Shown: positions 38,921-48,255 of the stretch, one piece after another | How positions within the stretch are numbered: the first letter of the stretch is position 1 | Layout of the letters: each line of letters opens with the position of its first letter | Notes under the pieces: generated by a model | What the model was told of the DNA's origin: nothing | The model's database searches: none | The model's input: the letters and a program-made list of their open reading frames with translations, nothing else | Source of the DNA: a virus | Virus record (IMG/VR): IMGVR_UViG_3300020465_000009 | Location: 6,978-70,977 of that record | Direction: 5' to 3' (one strand) | Length of the DNA: 64,000 bases | Program-made: the position numbers and the translations under genes

Positions 38921-39097
38921 ATGGCAACAAAACAAGAAGTCGCAGACTACATTAACGCAAATTGGGAGTCAACTTTTACGGCAGATGACGAGAAAAAGAT
39001 CGATCAAATGCTTACACCAGAGTTAGCAGAAATCCTAATCAAACTTGTGGGTGATGTTAGTTTCTTGGTTGAAGTTAGAGACAACAAATCAAACTAG
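38921..39097 (+). CDS. small acidic protein (58 aa)
   Basis: Below the track cutoff: MATKQEVADYINANWESTFTADDEKKIDQMLTPELAEILIKLVGDVSFLVEVRDNKSN; AATAAATA and TAAGGAG SD upstream. Confidence 0.7.
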   Translation: MATKQEVADYINANWESTFTADDEKKIDQMLTPELAEILIKLVGDVSFLVEVRDNKSN

Positions 39098-39103
39098 GAA
39101 AAA

Positions 39104-40756
39104 ATGGCGTATAAAATTAACAACACATTCGGGACGCAAATAGTCTCACTTGCAGACGGTACATTAGATACCGCTACAACGGATCTTGCACTTTTTGGAA
39201 AAGGGTATGCAGGATTTGGTGAGAAACTTAACGAAAACCTTGTTAAACTTTTAGAACATTTTAATAATACTTCAGCGCCGACAAAAAAGATTCAAGGTCA
39301 ATTATGGTTTGACCAAACAAATAAACAAATTAACGTTTACACAGGAACAAAATGGAAGCCGGTTGGATCACCAACTAACTCCACGTCATCACCTACAAAT
39401 GCAGTATTAGGTGACACATGGTTTGACACAACAAATAATCAGTTGTATGTTTACAACGGATCTGCTTGGACACTAATTGGACCAACCACAGTAGCAGGTT
39501 CTGGTGTAACACAAATGGTTTCTGAAACAGTTCAGGACAACACAGGTGTAAACAAGTCAATATTAAAAGCAGTTACAAATGACTCTGTGGTTTATATTGT
39601 AAGTGCAGAAGCATTTACGCCATCATCTACAGAAACAAATGCCGCGGCATTGATCACGGCAGGTTTTGCAACTGTATCAAAAGGTATCACACTATCAACT
39701 GCGATATCTTCTAACAAATTAACTGGTACAGCAGACGATAGTGATAAACTTGGCGGAGTTACAGCGGCCAATTATCTAAGATCAAATACAAATGATACCA
39801 CAACAGGTACACTAGGAATTTTAAGTGACGGAACAGCACTAACTTTAGGTGCTGGATCGGACATCACAATGAATGTCACAAGTGACAATTTAACTTTTGC
39901 ACAGAACACACAAGACAAAGATATAATTTTCACAGTAAATTATTCAGGCACAACAACAACATTGATGACACTAGACGGTTCGACTGGTAGATTAGAACTT
40001 CCATCAGTGGGTGATTTAAGGGTCAAAGGAAATTTAACAATTGATGGTACTACTACCACAGTTGCAACTTCAACATTAAGAGTTGAAGACAACATGATCG
40101 AACTAAACAGAAACGTTTCTTCAAATTCAGGAATGCCAAACTTTACAGGATTGAAAGTTAACAGAGGATCTACATCGTTAGCAACTGAACAAGACCTATT
40201 TTGGGTTTGGGACGAAACTTTTGCTGATGACGGAACTACAATTTATGGTGGAGCAGGCGGTGCCTGGACAGCATTCAAATCAGGTGGTGGAGATGATGCC
40301 GAATTATCAGCGGCAACTTTGGTCGATATCAGAGCAAATGTAGTCCATGCAACAACTACAACGGCTTTATACGCCGACTTGGCTGAAAGATATGCAAGTG
40401 ATATGCCATTACAAGCGGGTGATGTAGTGATGCTTGGCGGCACAGAAGAGATTACAAAATGTGATAAGGAACTTTGTGATAACGTTTTTGGAGTAGTAAG
40501 TGATTCACCGGCATTTTTAATGAACGCATCTGCTGGTAACAATGAAAGTCATCCAATGGTAGCATTAAAAGGACGTGTTTTTGTTAAAATTCAGGGCAAA
40601 GGACAGGCAGGAGACCGTATAGTGAGTGCTGGAAATGGTGCGGCCAAAGTGGCTGGCCTGGACGAATGCACCGCTTTTAATGTATTGGGCAGACTAATTA
40701 AGGATAAATACAACGAAGACATAACACTAACAGAATGCGTGATAGGAGTTAAATAA
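39104..40756 (+). CDS. tail fibre-like protein with C-terminal chaperone-like domain
   Basis: Paralogue of 32880; YADLAERY...PAFLMN...VALKGRV domain. Confidence 0.65.
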   Translation: MAYKINNTFGTQIVSLADGTLDTATTDLALFGKGYAGFGEKLNENLVKLLEHFNNTSAPTKKIQGQLWFDQTNKQINVYTGTKWKPVGSPTNSTSSPTNAVLGDTWFDTTNNQLYVYNGSAWTLIGPTTVAGSGVTQMVSETVQDNTGVNKSILKAVTNDSVVYIVSAEAFTPSSTETNAAALITAGFATVSKGITLSTAISSNKLTGTADDSDKLGGVTAANYLRSNTNDTTTGTLGILSDGTALTLGAGSDITMNVTSDNLTFAQNTQDKDIIFTVNYSGTTTTLMTLDGSTGRLELPSVGDLRVKGNLTIDGTTTTVATSTLRVEDNMIELNRNVSSNSGMPNFTGLKVNRGSTSLATEQDLFWVWDETFADDGTTIYGGAGGAWTAFKSGGGDDAELSAATLVDIRANVVHATTTTALYADLAERYASDMPLQAGDVVMLGGTEEITKCDKELCDNVFGVVSDSPAFLMNASAGNNESHPMVALKGRVFVKIQGKGQAGDRIVSAGNGAAKVAGLDECTAFNVLGRLIKDKYNEDITLTECVIGVK

Positions 40757-40761
40757 GACAT

Positions 40762-41751
40762 ATGGCATACCAAACAGGTGATACAATATTAGATGACGAG
40801 TACAACTTATTCATAAGTGGATCAAGTGCTACTCAATACGGAATTAACCACATAATGGGCACAGGTAACGCAGGTTACGGACTGGGCCAAACAGAATTAG
40901 CGACAACAACAGCAGGTGTAACAATCCAAGCGGCACAGTGGAACTCATTATTCACAGCAATGGACAATGTTGCAAATCACACAAACAGATCATTAACTTC
41001 AACAGCGGCAAGATCCGCAGGTGATCCTATCGCGGCGGTATCAGCACTATCAACAGACTTGAACAACTTGGCGGCAGATGTCGTAGGTGGTTCAGTAAGT
41101 GCAACAGCAGTTTCAGAAGGCAGTGAAGATCAATCATTAGTAGCATCAGCAGTATATGATACATCACACATATGTGAAGCGTCATTTACGTTCGCAGGTG
41201 GTAACGAAGCAAGATGGTTCTTCAACGCAGGCGGTAAGTTAAGAATGAAACTTACTAACACAGCAACAAACTCAACATCAAAAGACACTTCAGTATCAGG
41301 AATTATAACTTCAATAGGTACTTTTGATATTGCATCAACAACTTCAGCAAGATCAGGTTCGGGTGACACTGCAACAACAGAAGCGACAACAACTGGTTAC
41401 TACGATTTAGGAACTTCTTACACTACACTTTTACACATTGAAGAATCAGCAGGAACTTATACTAACAACATAGAAGTTAAGTATGAGGCTAAAGTAAGTT
41501 CAGCACACGGTGACGGTCTAGGTAACAACGGTGACGTGGTTACTGTTAAGGCTTCAGTACTATTGAACGATGGTACAAGATCAGACTACACTTCAGGTAA
41601 TACTTCAGGCGTAAACGTTGAGGCAGAAGCGGCAGGTCCAACAGACTTTGCTTTCCACACAGTGGATCCAACTACTGCACAAGGACTTTCGACTGTTTAC
41701 ACATCAATCACAGTAGCAAGTGTATCTAACGCAATCGTTAACAACGATTAA
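40762..41751 (+). CDS. virion structural protein (Ser/Thr/Ala-rich)
   Basis: MAY..GD.I...YN, GYGLGQ, AR.FFNAGG motifs; TAAATA upstream. Confidence 0.55.
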   Translation: MAYQTGDTILDDEYNLFISGSSATQYGINHIMGTGNAGYGLGQTELATTTAGVTIQAAQWNSLFTAMDNVANHTNRSLTSTAARSAGDPIAAVSALSTDLNNLAADVVGGSVSATAVSEGSEDQSLVASAVYDTSHICEASFTFAGGNEARWFFNAGGKLRMKLTNTATNSTSKDTSVSGIITSIGTFDIASTTSARSGSGDTATTEATTTGYYDLGTSYTTLLHIEESAGTYTNNIEVKYEAKVSSAHGDGLGNNGDVVTVKASVLLNDGTRSDYTSGNTSGVNVEAEAAGPTDFAFHTVDPTTAQGLSTVYTSITVASVSNAIVNND

Positions 41752-41804
41752 TTTTTCCAAATAGTAATAATAACTATTCGCAAGGCCAATTCGTCTGGTC
41801 GTAA

Positions 41805-41833
41805 TTGACTTTACCAATAATTAATTGTATAAT
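41805..41833 (+). promoter_or_regulatory. sigma70-type promoter heading the modification operon
   Basis: TTGACT (41805-10), 17 nt, TATAAT (41828-33); ATG at 41839. Confidence 0.7.
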
Positions 41834-41838
41834 AAGTT

Positions 41839-42156
41839 ATGGATATTGGCAAACTTCTTAAAGATTCAGATCTATCACATGATCTGGCACAGCACAAAAA
41901 AAATGCTCTAGAAAGATTAAAGTCTAGACAAATAATCGCCTATGAAGGAAGGTTATTCCGTGCTGATTCTCAAACTATCAATTTGGTTCAGACGTTCAAG
42001 GCTCATCAAGATTCCTTTTACATCTTAGACACCAATGATAATCCTTGCCATATCACTAATCCAACCGAGTTCTTAGGATTGTTGATGGAAAGAAACCAAG
42101 AAGCACTTAACACATATCATCAATTATTCGAGGACCTCAAGACAAAGAGGTTTTAA
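41839..42156 (+). CDS. hypothetical protein
   Basis: 105-aa ORF with YEG.LF.A...LD.N.NP..I pattern; first gene of a tightly packed operon. Confidence 0.65.
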   Translation: MDIGKLLKDSDLSHDLAQHKKNALERLKSRQIIAYEGRLFRADSQTINLVQTFKAHQDSFYILDTNDNPCHITNPTEFLGLLMERNQEALNTYHQLFEDLKTKRF

Positions 42157-42921
42157 ATGTCAAAAGGAGTTTTACTCTACTGTTTTGACACGCCAGAAGT
42201 TGCGTATCATAAGATGGCCGAACGATGTGTTGAACAGATCAAAGAACATCTTGGATTGGAGATCACCATTGTTACGAATTCTGAGACCTATGACAAGTTC
42301 AAACCATTGGGATTCATCAATTACAAAATCATAGAAAACAGCACAGGTAATCGCAGGGCATATAGAGGCAAAAATATTGCATGGAACAATCTTGAAAGAA
42401 CAAATGCGTATGATGATTCACCATACGATACCACAATACTGATGGACTGTGATTATTTTGTGTTCACTGATAACCTATTGACATACCTGGACACAGATTA
42501 TGAACTATTGATGCATGACAAGGTGCATGACCTCACAGGCAAGGATTTAATACTGCAAAAAAATGAAGCCACTTTGCCAATAGTTTGGGCAACTGTGACA
42601 ATTTTCAAAAAGACCAAGTACACCAAAACCTTTTTTGACTTGGTATCACATATAAAACAACACTGGTTGCATTATAAAAACCTATACAGAATAATTTTTT
42701 CCAATTACAGGAACGATTATGCTTTTGCTATTGCATTACATCAGTTGAATGGATTCAAAGCAAACAAAAATTTTATTCCAAGTTCTATGAGTATGTTGGC
42801 ACATGAAGTTGATGTATTAGATATGCCAAAAGATGGGTGTGTCTACAAGCACAAGGGCACAGTGGGATATGTGAAAAAACAAGATATCCATGTAATGGAC
42901 AAGGAGTTTTTAAATGTTTAA
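42157..42921 (+). CDS. glycosyltransferase-like (GT-A fold)
   Basis: SPYD.TILMDCDY (DxD motif), WAT...F.K, YRND.AF.IA. Confidence 0.6.
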   Translation: MSKGVLLYCFDTPEVAYHKMAERCVEQIKEHLGLEITIVTNSETYDKFKPLGFINYKIIENSTGNRRAYRGKNIAWNNLERTNAYDDSPYDTTILMDCDYFVFTDNLLTYLDTDYELLMHDKVHDLTGKDLILQKNEATLPIVWATVTIFKKTKYTKTFFDLVSHIKQHWLHYKNLYRIIFSNYRNDYAFAIALHQLNGFKANKNFIPSSMSMLAHEVDVLDMPKDGCVYKHKGTVGYVKKQDIHVMDKEFLNV

Positions 42922-43714
42922 GGGGTACATCTGGTTTGCACAAAACAATTCAACTACAGACTACATAGAATTGAGCAAAAGGCTCGCTATTTCAATCAAG
43001 TCTTATAACCAAATTAATAAGGTATGTGTGATAACGGACCGACCTGTCGAATGCAAGGAGTTTGATTATGTGAAAGTGCTTGATAAAGATCACAGCAAAA
43101 ATCAAGAATGGAAAATGAATAACGAATGGCAAGTTTTTAAACTTTCGCCGTTCACCCACAACATCAAATTAGAAGCAGATATGCTTTTCACAAGCAACAC
43201 AGACTGGTGGTGGAACCATCTGCATCAAAACAATTTAGTATTTTCTTACAACTGTAGAAATTATCAAGACAAGACTATAAAGGACACTCCTTACAGAGAA
43301 CTTTTTAAGGTTAATCAACTGCCAAATGTTTATAATGGACTGACTTATTTTAGAAGAAGTATACAAGCGGAACAATTTTTTAAAATTTGTAGAACAATCA
43401 CTTTGAATTGGAAAGAAGTTTCTAAAAAAATGCTGATTAATTGCCATGACCCCGAACCCACAACAGATGTTGTGTATGCATTGGCACTTAAGATCATGGA
43501 TCCATTACAGGAAAACAAAATTGAGTATGATTGGTTTAATTTTGTCCACAACAAAAATGCAATTAACAATTTGTCGCCAGTTTACAACAACGATCAATAT
43601 CTGAATCCAATAAAAGTGGGAAATAAAACATATGTTGGTGGCTACAGGCAAGACAGAATATGGCATTATTACAACAAAGGGTTACCTAAGGAGTTAGATG
43701 AGCGAGTTTTTTAA
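42914..43714 (+). CDS. glycosyltransferase-like (GT-A fold), paralogue of 42157
   Basis: AQN...DY...LA.SIK, SPF...IKLEADML, LPNVY....YF, TDVVYALA. Confidence 0.55.
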   Translation: MFKGYIWFAQNNSTTDYIELSKRLAISIKSYNQINKVCVITDRPVECKEFDYVKVLDKDHSKNQEWKMNNEWQVFKLSPFTHNIKLEADMLFTSNTDWWWNHLHQNNLVFSYNCRNYQDKTIKDTPYRELFKVNQLPNVYNGLTYFRRSIQAEQFFKICRTITLNWKEVSKKMLINCHDPEPTTDVVYALALKIMDPLQENKIEYDWFNFVHNKNAINNLSPVYNNDQYLNPIKVGNKTYVGGYRQDRIWHYYNKGLPKELDERVF

Positions 43715-43982
43715 AGCAATGGCGGAGTTCAAACCAACTCCAAAAAAGAAGCACTACTTCAAAAACACTGAAGTGACTCTCAAACAATACCAAGAGATAC
43801 AATTTCATGGAGAGGATAATTTTGAAATTGTAAATGGCAAAGTGCAACGTAAAAAAATTGTACCAAAAGAACAAAATCAAACTGTATTGGTACAAAGCAC
43901 AGAAGGTTTCGTGTTTAAAAACAAAGATCCATATTGGGTTGAAGGCATAGGCAAGGAAGGATATACATGGAAGACAAAGTAA
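43698..43982 (+). CDS. hypothetical protein
   Basis: 94-aa ORF overlapping both neighbours. Confidence 0.55.
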   Translation: MSEFFKAMAEFKPTPKKKHYFKNTEVTLKQYQEIQFHGEDNFEIVNGKVQRKKIVPKEQNQTVLVQSTEGFVFKNKDPYWVEGIGKEGYTWKTK

Positions 43983-44860
43983 GAGTGACAGATTTAGATT
44001 TTGTTTATATCAGTTTCAAGGAGCCTAACAAGGAAGAAAATTGGGCAGATCTTTTGAGCAAGGTGCCATGGGCGAAACGTGTTGATGGTGTGGTGGGATT
44101 TGATAACGCACACAAGGCCGCGGCAGAAAAGGCAGAAACTGATTTCTTTATCAGTGTGGATGGAGACAACATAATAGATGAAAGTTTTTTATTGCAAACT
44201 TTGGACTTTAGCAAAACAAATAAAAATGCTGTACACCGTTGGCGGGCGAAAAACAGTGTGAATGGTCTAACATATGGCAATGGCGGATTAGTTGGTTGGC
44301 CAAAGGAAACCTGCCTGCGAATGAAGACACACGAAAACGCGGAAGACGAAAAAGCAAAGATAGATTTTTGTTGGACTGTGCCACACGAGAACTTGCATAA
44401 TGTATACAGCGAGACAATTATCAACGCAACAGCACAGCAGGCATTTGTGGCAGGTTACAGAGAAGGTGTAAAAATGAGTTTGGACCAGGGACAACCTATA
44501 AAGCCTTCCGGCTTCGGTAAAAAACTGCAACAATCTAATTTAAGAAACTTGCTTGTATGGATGACCATTGGTGCAGATGTTGACAATGGCAAGTATGCGA
44601 TGCTGGGTGCAAGGACAGGATGTTATGCCACAACAATTAGAGAGACAGACATATTAAAAGTACGTGACCTAGATCTACTGACAAAACAATTTATTATAGA
44701 CGAAATAGATGTGGAACAGGAGTTGCAAACTTATGGAGAATCACTACGACAACAATTAGACATACCTGTTGCAGAATACAACGAACAACAAAGCGAATTT
44801 TTTAAATTTTGTATGCCTAGGCACACAAACAAAGGAGTACAGGATCGTGAGTACAAGTAA
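43967..44860 (+). CDS. glycosyltransferase-like protein
   Basis: D..YIS..EPN.EENW, RV.GV.G.D.AH.AAA, FISVDGDN (DxD), N.VNGL.YGNGG; paralogous to the C-terminus of 60259. Confidence 0.6.
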   Translation: MEDKVRVTDLDFVYISFKEPNKEENWADLLSKVPWAKRVDGVVGFDNAHKAAAEKAETDFFISVDGDNIIDESFLLQTLDFSKTNKNAVHRWRAKNSVNGLTYGNGGLVGWPKETCLRMKTHENAEDEKAKIDFCWTVPHENLHNVYSETIINATAQQAFVAGYREGVKMSLDQGQPIKPSGFGKKLQQSNLRNLLVWMTIGADVDNGKYAMLGARTGCYATTIRETDILKVRDLDLLTKQFIIDEIDVEQELQTYGESLRQQLDIPVAEYNEQQSEFFKFCMPRHTNKGVQDREYK

Positions 44861-46217
44861 GTACAAGTCAGATGCTTTAGCGGCAAAGGAGAAATTGAAA
44901 GAGATATCTCCAACGTTTTGCCTTGCAAAATGGAATCAGGTGTCATTGCACCTTCCCACAGGACTTACTAATTCATGCTATCACCCACCTTTGCACAAGA
45001 TAGATGCAGACGCAGTCAAACTAAATCCTGCGGCACTGCACAACACAGCAGAAAAATTAGATCAAAGATTTAAGATGCTTCAAGGAGAACGTCCCGATGG
45101 ATGTTCGTATTGCTGGAAGATAGAGGACACCGGAGAGATGTCGGACAGACATTATAGATCGGGTGAGCCATGGGCCATGCAGGACTTTGAAGCGATCAAA
45201 CAGAATCCAATGACGACTAGTTGGACGCCGAGGTATGTGGAGGTTAACTTTAACAATGCCTGCAACTTAAAATGCAGTTATTGTTCTCCGCAATTCTCAA
45301 CAACGTGGGGACAGGAGATTGACAGATATGGCCAATATCCTACATCTCCTCCCCACAATGCACCAGAGCACTTCCAAGGTCGTAGAAGGCCAATACCCAA
45401 CAGAGAGGAAAATCCATACGTGGATGCTTTCTGGAAATGGTGGCCTACACTATACAAAAATTTAAAACACTTCAGGATGACGGGCGGAGAACCAATGATG
45501 GACAACAACACTTACAAGGTGTTGCAGTACATTATAGATAATCCAAAACCAGATTTGCATTTGAACGTCACTAGCAATATGTGTCCGCCAAACGATAAGT
45601 TGAAAAACAAGTACTTTGACATGATGAAAAAGATATGTTTAGAAGAAAAAGTTGAACACGTGATGCAGTTTGTCAGTGTTGATTCATATGGCAAACAAGC
45701 AGAATACATACGTCATGGGTTGGACTACGACAGAATGATAGGCAATGTTGATGAATTTTTAGAACGTATTCCACACAGGAACAGTGTAACATTTATTATT
45801 ACATATAACAATTTGAGTGTAACAGGACTAGGTGCCTTGTTGGAAGAAATAAAACAATTAAGGGAAAAGCATTCAAAGGACTATCAGAGAGTATGGTTTG
45901 ATATACCGTTGTTAAGGCAACCGCAATGGCAACAAATCACTTTGCTTCCAGAAAGTTATCAGGAGATCCATAAAAGCAACATAGACATGATGCAAAAATT
46001 ATCCGGCGATGAACACGGATTTGAGGCATTTAGAGATTTTGAAATTCAAAAGATGTTGCGAAATCTCGCATATTGGAAAAAGAACGCGGACGCAAGTACG
46101 CAACAAAAAAAGAACTTTTACGCATTTTTCTCGGAACACGATCGAAGACGCGGCACAAACTTTGAGAATACATTTCCGGAAATGCTAGAATTTTGGGAGG
46201 AGTGTAGAAACGCATGA
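44847..46217 (+). CDS. radical SAM protein with N-terminal SPASM/twitch-like Cys domain
   Basis: CNLKCSYC, TGGEP, N-terminal FC..KW..SC.H..CSYCW; GTG at 44847 preferred as start. Confidence 0.85.
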   Translation: MSTSKYKSDALAAKEKLKEISPTFCLAKWNQVSLHLPTGLTNSCYHPPLHKIDADAVKLNPAALHNTAEKLDQRFKMLQGERPDGCSYCWKIEDTGEMSDRHYRSGEPWAMQDFEAIKQNPMTTSWTPRYVEVNFNNACNLKCSYCSPQFSTTWGQEIDRYGQYPTSPPHNAPEHFQGRRRPIPNREENPYVDAFWKWWPTLYKNLKHFRMTGGEPMMDNNTYKVLQYIIDNPKPDLHLNVTSNMCPPNDKLKNKYFDMMKKICLEEKVEHVMQFVSVDSYGKQAEYIRHGLDYDRMIGNVDEFLERIPHRNSVTFIITYNNLSVTGLGALLEEIKQLREKHSKDYQRVWFDIPLLRQPQWQQITLLPESYQEIHKSNIDMMQKLSGDEHGFEAFRDFEIQKMLRNLAYWKKNADASTQQKKNFYAFFSEHDRRRGTNFENTFPEMLEFWEECRNA

Positions 46218-46945
46218 TAATTTGTCACGGATGTAGTTTTACAAAATACAAATGGTCAACATGGCCTAATTTTATTAGTTGGTTCAAACCATCTAGTGTG
46301 AAAAATTTCGGATTCAGTGCAAGTGGCAATGAAACTATTGCAAGAGGTGTAGTAAACAGTGTAATGAAATATAAAGATATAGAACATATGTACGTTATGT
46401 GGTCAGGATCTGACAGATATGAAATTGTTCGAGATACTGAAGAGGATTTACAACATGAACTGGCCACGTACTCTAGATTTGATCCGGACTTTGACTGGTG
46501 TGTATGGTTTGGTGGACATCCTGATAGTAAAAAACATGAAGAATATCAAAAACATTTTTTAAATGAAGGACAAAATTGGTTTAGGACACTAGAAAAAATA
46601 TTGTATACCCAAATGTTTTTACAAAAACACAATATAGATTACACAATGATGATTTACAAAGCAGATGTATTAAGACATAAAAATTTATCAAATGCAGAAC
46701 AATCTTTGTACAACCAAATAGATTGGACAAAATTTAAGTTCTACAAAGACAAATTAGGTATGTGGGAATTTGCACATGAACTTTATCCAGACGAATTCGC
46801 CGAAGATAGCGATCAACATCCTTTACCCTTGACACATTACCATTGGGTAAAAGATGTAATTTTTAAAAGTAATGTTGAACCACCAGAGGAAGAATACAAA
46901 AAATTGACACAATGGAAGATCTTGAATATAAAAAACAAATACTAG
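46214..46945 (+). CDS. SGNH/GDSL-like hydrolase or acyltransferase
   Basis: GCSFT block I, SGNE.IAR, MWSG..R, D.HP...H. Confidence 0.55.
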   Translation: MIICHGCSFTKYKWSTWPNFISWFKPSSVKNFGFSASGNETIARGVVNSVMKYKDIEHMYVMWSGSDRYEIVRDTEEDLQHELATYSRFDPDFDWCVWFGGHPDSKKHEEYQKHFLNEGQNWFRTLEKILYTQMFLQKHNIDYTMMIYKADVLRHKNLSNAEQSLYNQIDWTKFKFYKDKLGMWEFAHELYPDEFAEDSDQHPLPLTHYHWVKDVIFKSNVEPPEEEYKKLTQWKILNIKNKY

Positions 46946-48255
46946 ATACAAAATCTGCAAGTTTCTGCGGTGCAAAATGGTACAATGCTACTATATGGTT
47001 AGGCTCTGGCCAAACTACAAGTTGTCACCACCCACTTCCTCACGCAATAGATTTAGAAGCAATCAAAACTAATCCTAGTGCAATACACAATACTTGGCAA
47101 AAGAAAAAACAACGAAAACAAATGCAGTGTGGCGAAAGACCTGCAGGTTGTGAATACTGTTGGAAGATAGAAGATATGGGCAGAGATGCAATATCGGATA
47201 GAGTATACAAATCAAGAATACATTCAAATGAAGCCTTAGACGAAGCATATAGATCTGATCCAGAAACAGATTGGAATTTAAAAACTTTAGAAATTGCTTT
47301 TGACAGGACTTGTAATTTTGCTTGTTCGTATTGTAATCCTGCGTTCAGCACAACTTGGGCAAGGGATATAAAACAAAAAGGTCCATACAAAAATATGACA
47401 TCAGACGGACGTAATCATTTTACCCATGCACACGATTCTGCAGAACCATATAAAAAAGATGAAACCAATCCGTATGTTGAAGCATTTTATAAATGGTGGG
47501 AAACAGACTTGCACAAAAGTTTAGAAGAATTAAGAATCACAGGCGGTGAACCTATGATGTCACCTAATCTATGGAGATTGCTGGATTGGATAGAAACACA
47601 GGGTGAAAAGATGAATCCTAATATGCGTATTGCAATTAATTCAAACCTAGGTGCAAAACAACAAATTATTGATAGATTCAAAGACAAACTTAAAGGATTT
47701 AAAAACTTTCACTTGTATACAAGCAATGAAGCGACATTCGGACAAGCAGAATACATAAGAGATGGCTTAAATTATGGCGACTGGCACAGCAATTTTTTAC
47801 ATATGATGGTGGATAAAGTTCCATCTGAAATACACAACATGGCAACAATTAACGCACTGTGTTTGGAGTCATTACCTGAGTTCTTAGAAAAATTAGTGTG
47901 GTTTAAAAGTGCAAGTAAAGTATATGGACCATCAGTCAACTTTACACTTAATATTTTGCGTTTTCCTAGTTTTCAATCACCATTAGTACTGCCGGATGAA
48001 CTGAGAAATAAATTTAAGACCAACATTGAACAGTTTTTAAATAACAATAAAAAGTTCTTAGAAGAGATGGAAATTAATCACACACAACGATTAATCGACT
48101 ATCTTGATGTTGTTAAAACACCACACGCCGGAGCGGCAGTGCAAAGTAAACTACAACAAGATTTTAAAAAATTCTATCAACAATACGATCTAAGGAGAGG
48201 AAAAGATTTTGTTAAGACTTTTCCAATAATAGGAGAATGGTACCGTGGCATATGA
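46912..48255 (+). CDS. radical SAM protein with N-terminal SPASM/twitch-like Cys domain
   Basis: CNFACSYC, TGGEP, FCGAKW..SCHH..CEYCW. Confidence 0.85.
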   Translation: MEDLEYKKQILDTKSASFCGAKWYNATIWLGSGQTTSCHHPLPHAIDLEAIKTNPSAIHNTWQKKKQRKQMQCGERPAGCEYCWKIEDMGRDAISDRVYKSRIHSNEALDEAYRSDPETDWNLKTLEIAFDRTCNFACSYCNPAFSTTWARDIKQKGPYKNMTSDGRNHFTHAHDSAEPYKKDETNPYVEAFYKWWETDLHKSLEELRITGGEPMMSPNLWRLLDWIETQGEKMNPNMRIAINSNLGAKQQIIDRFKDKLKGFKNFHLYTSNEATFGQAEYIRDGLNYGDWHSNFLHMMVDKVPSEIHNMATINALCLESLPEFLEKLVWFKSASKVYGPSVNFTLNILRFPSFQSPLVLPDELRNKFKTNIEQFLNNNKKFLEEMEINHTQRLIDYLDVVKTPHAGAAVQSKLQQDFKKFYQQYDLRRGKDFVKTFPIIGEWYRGI

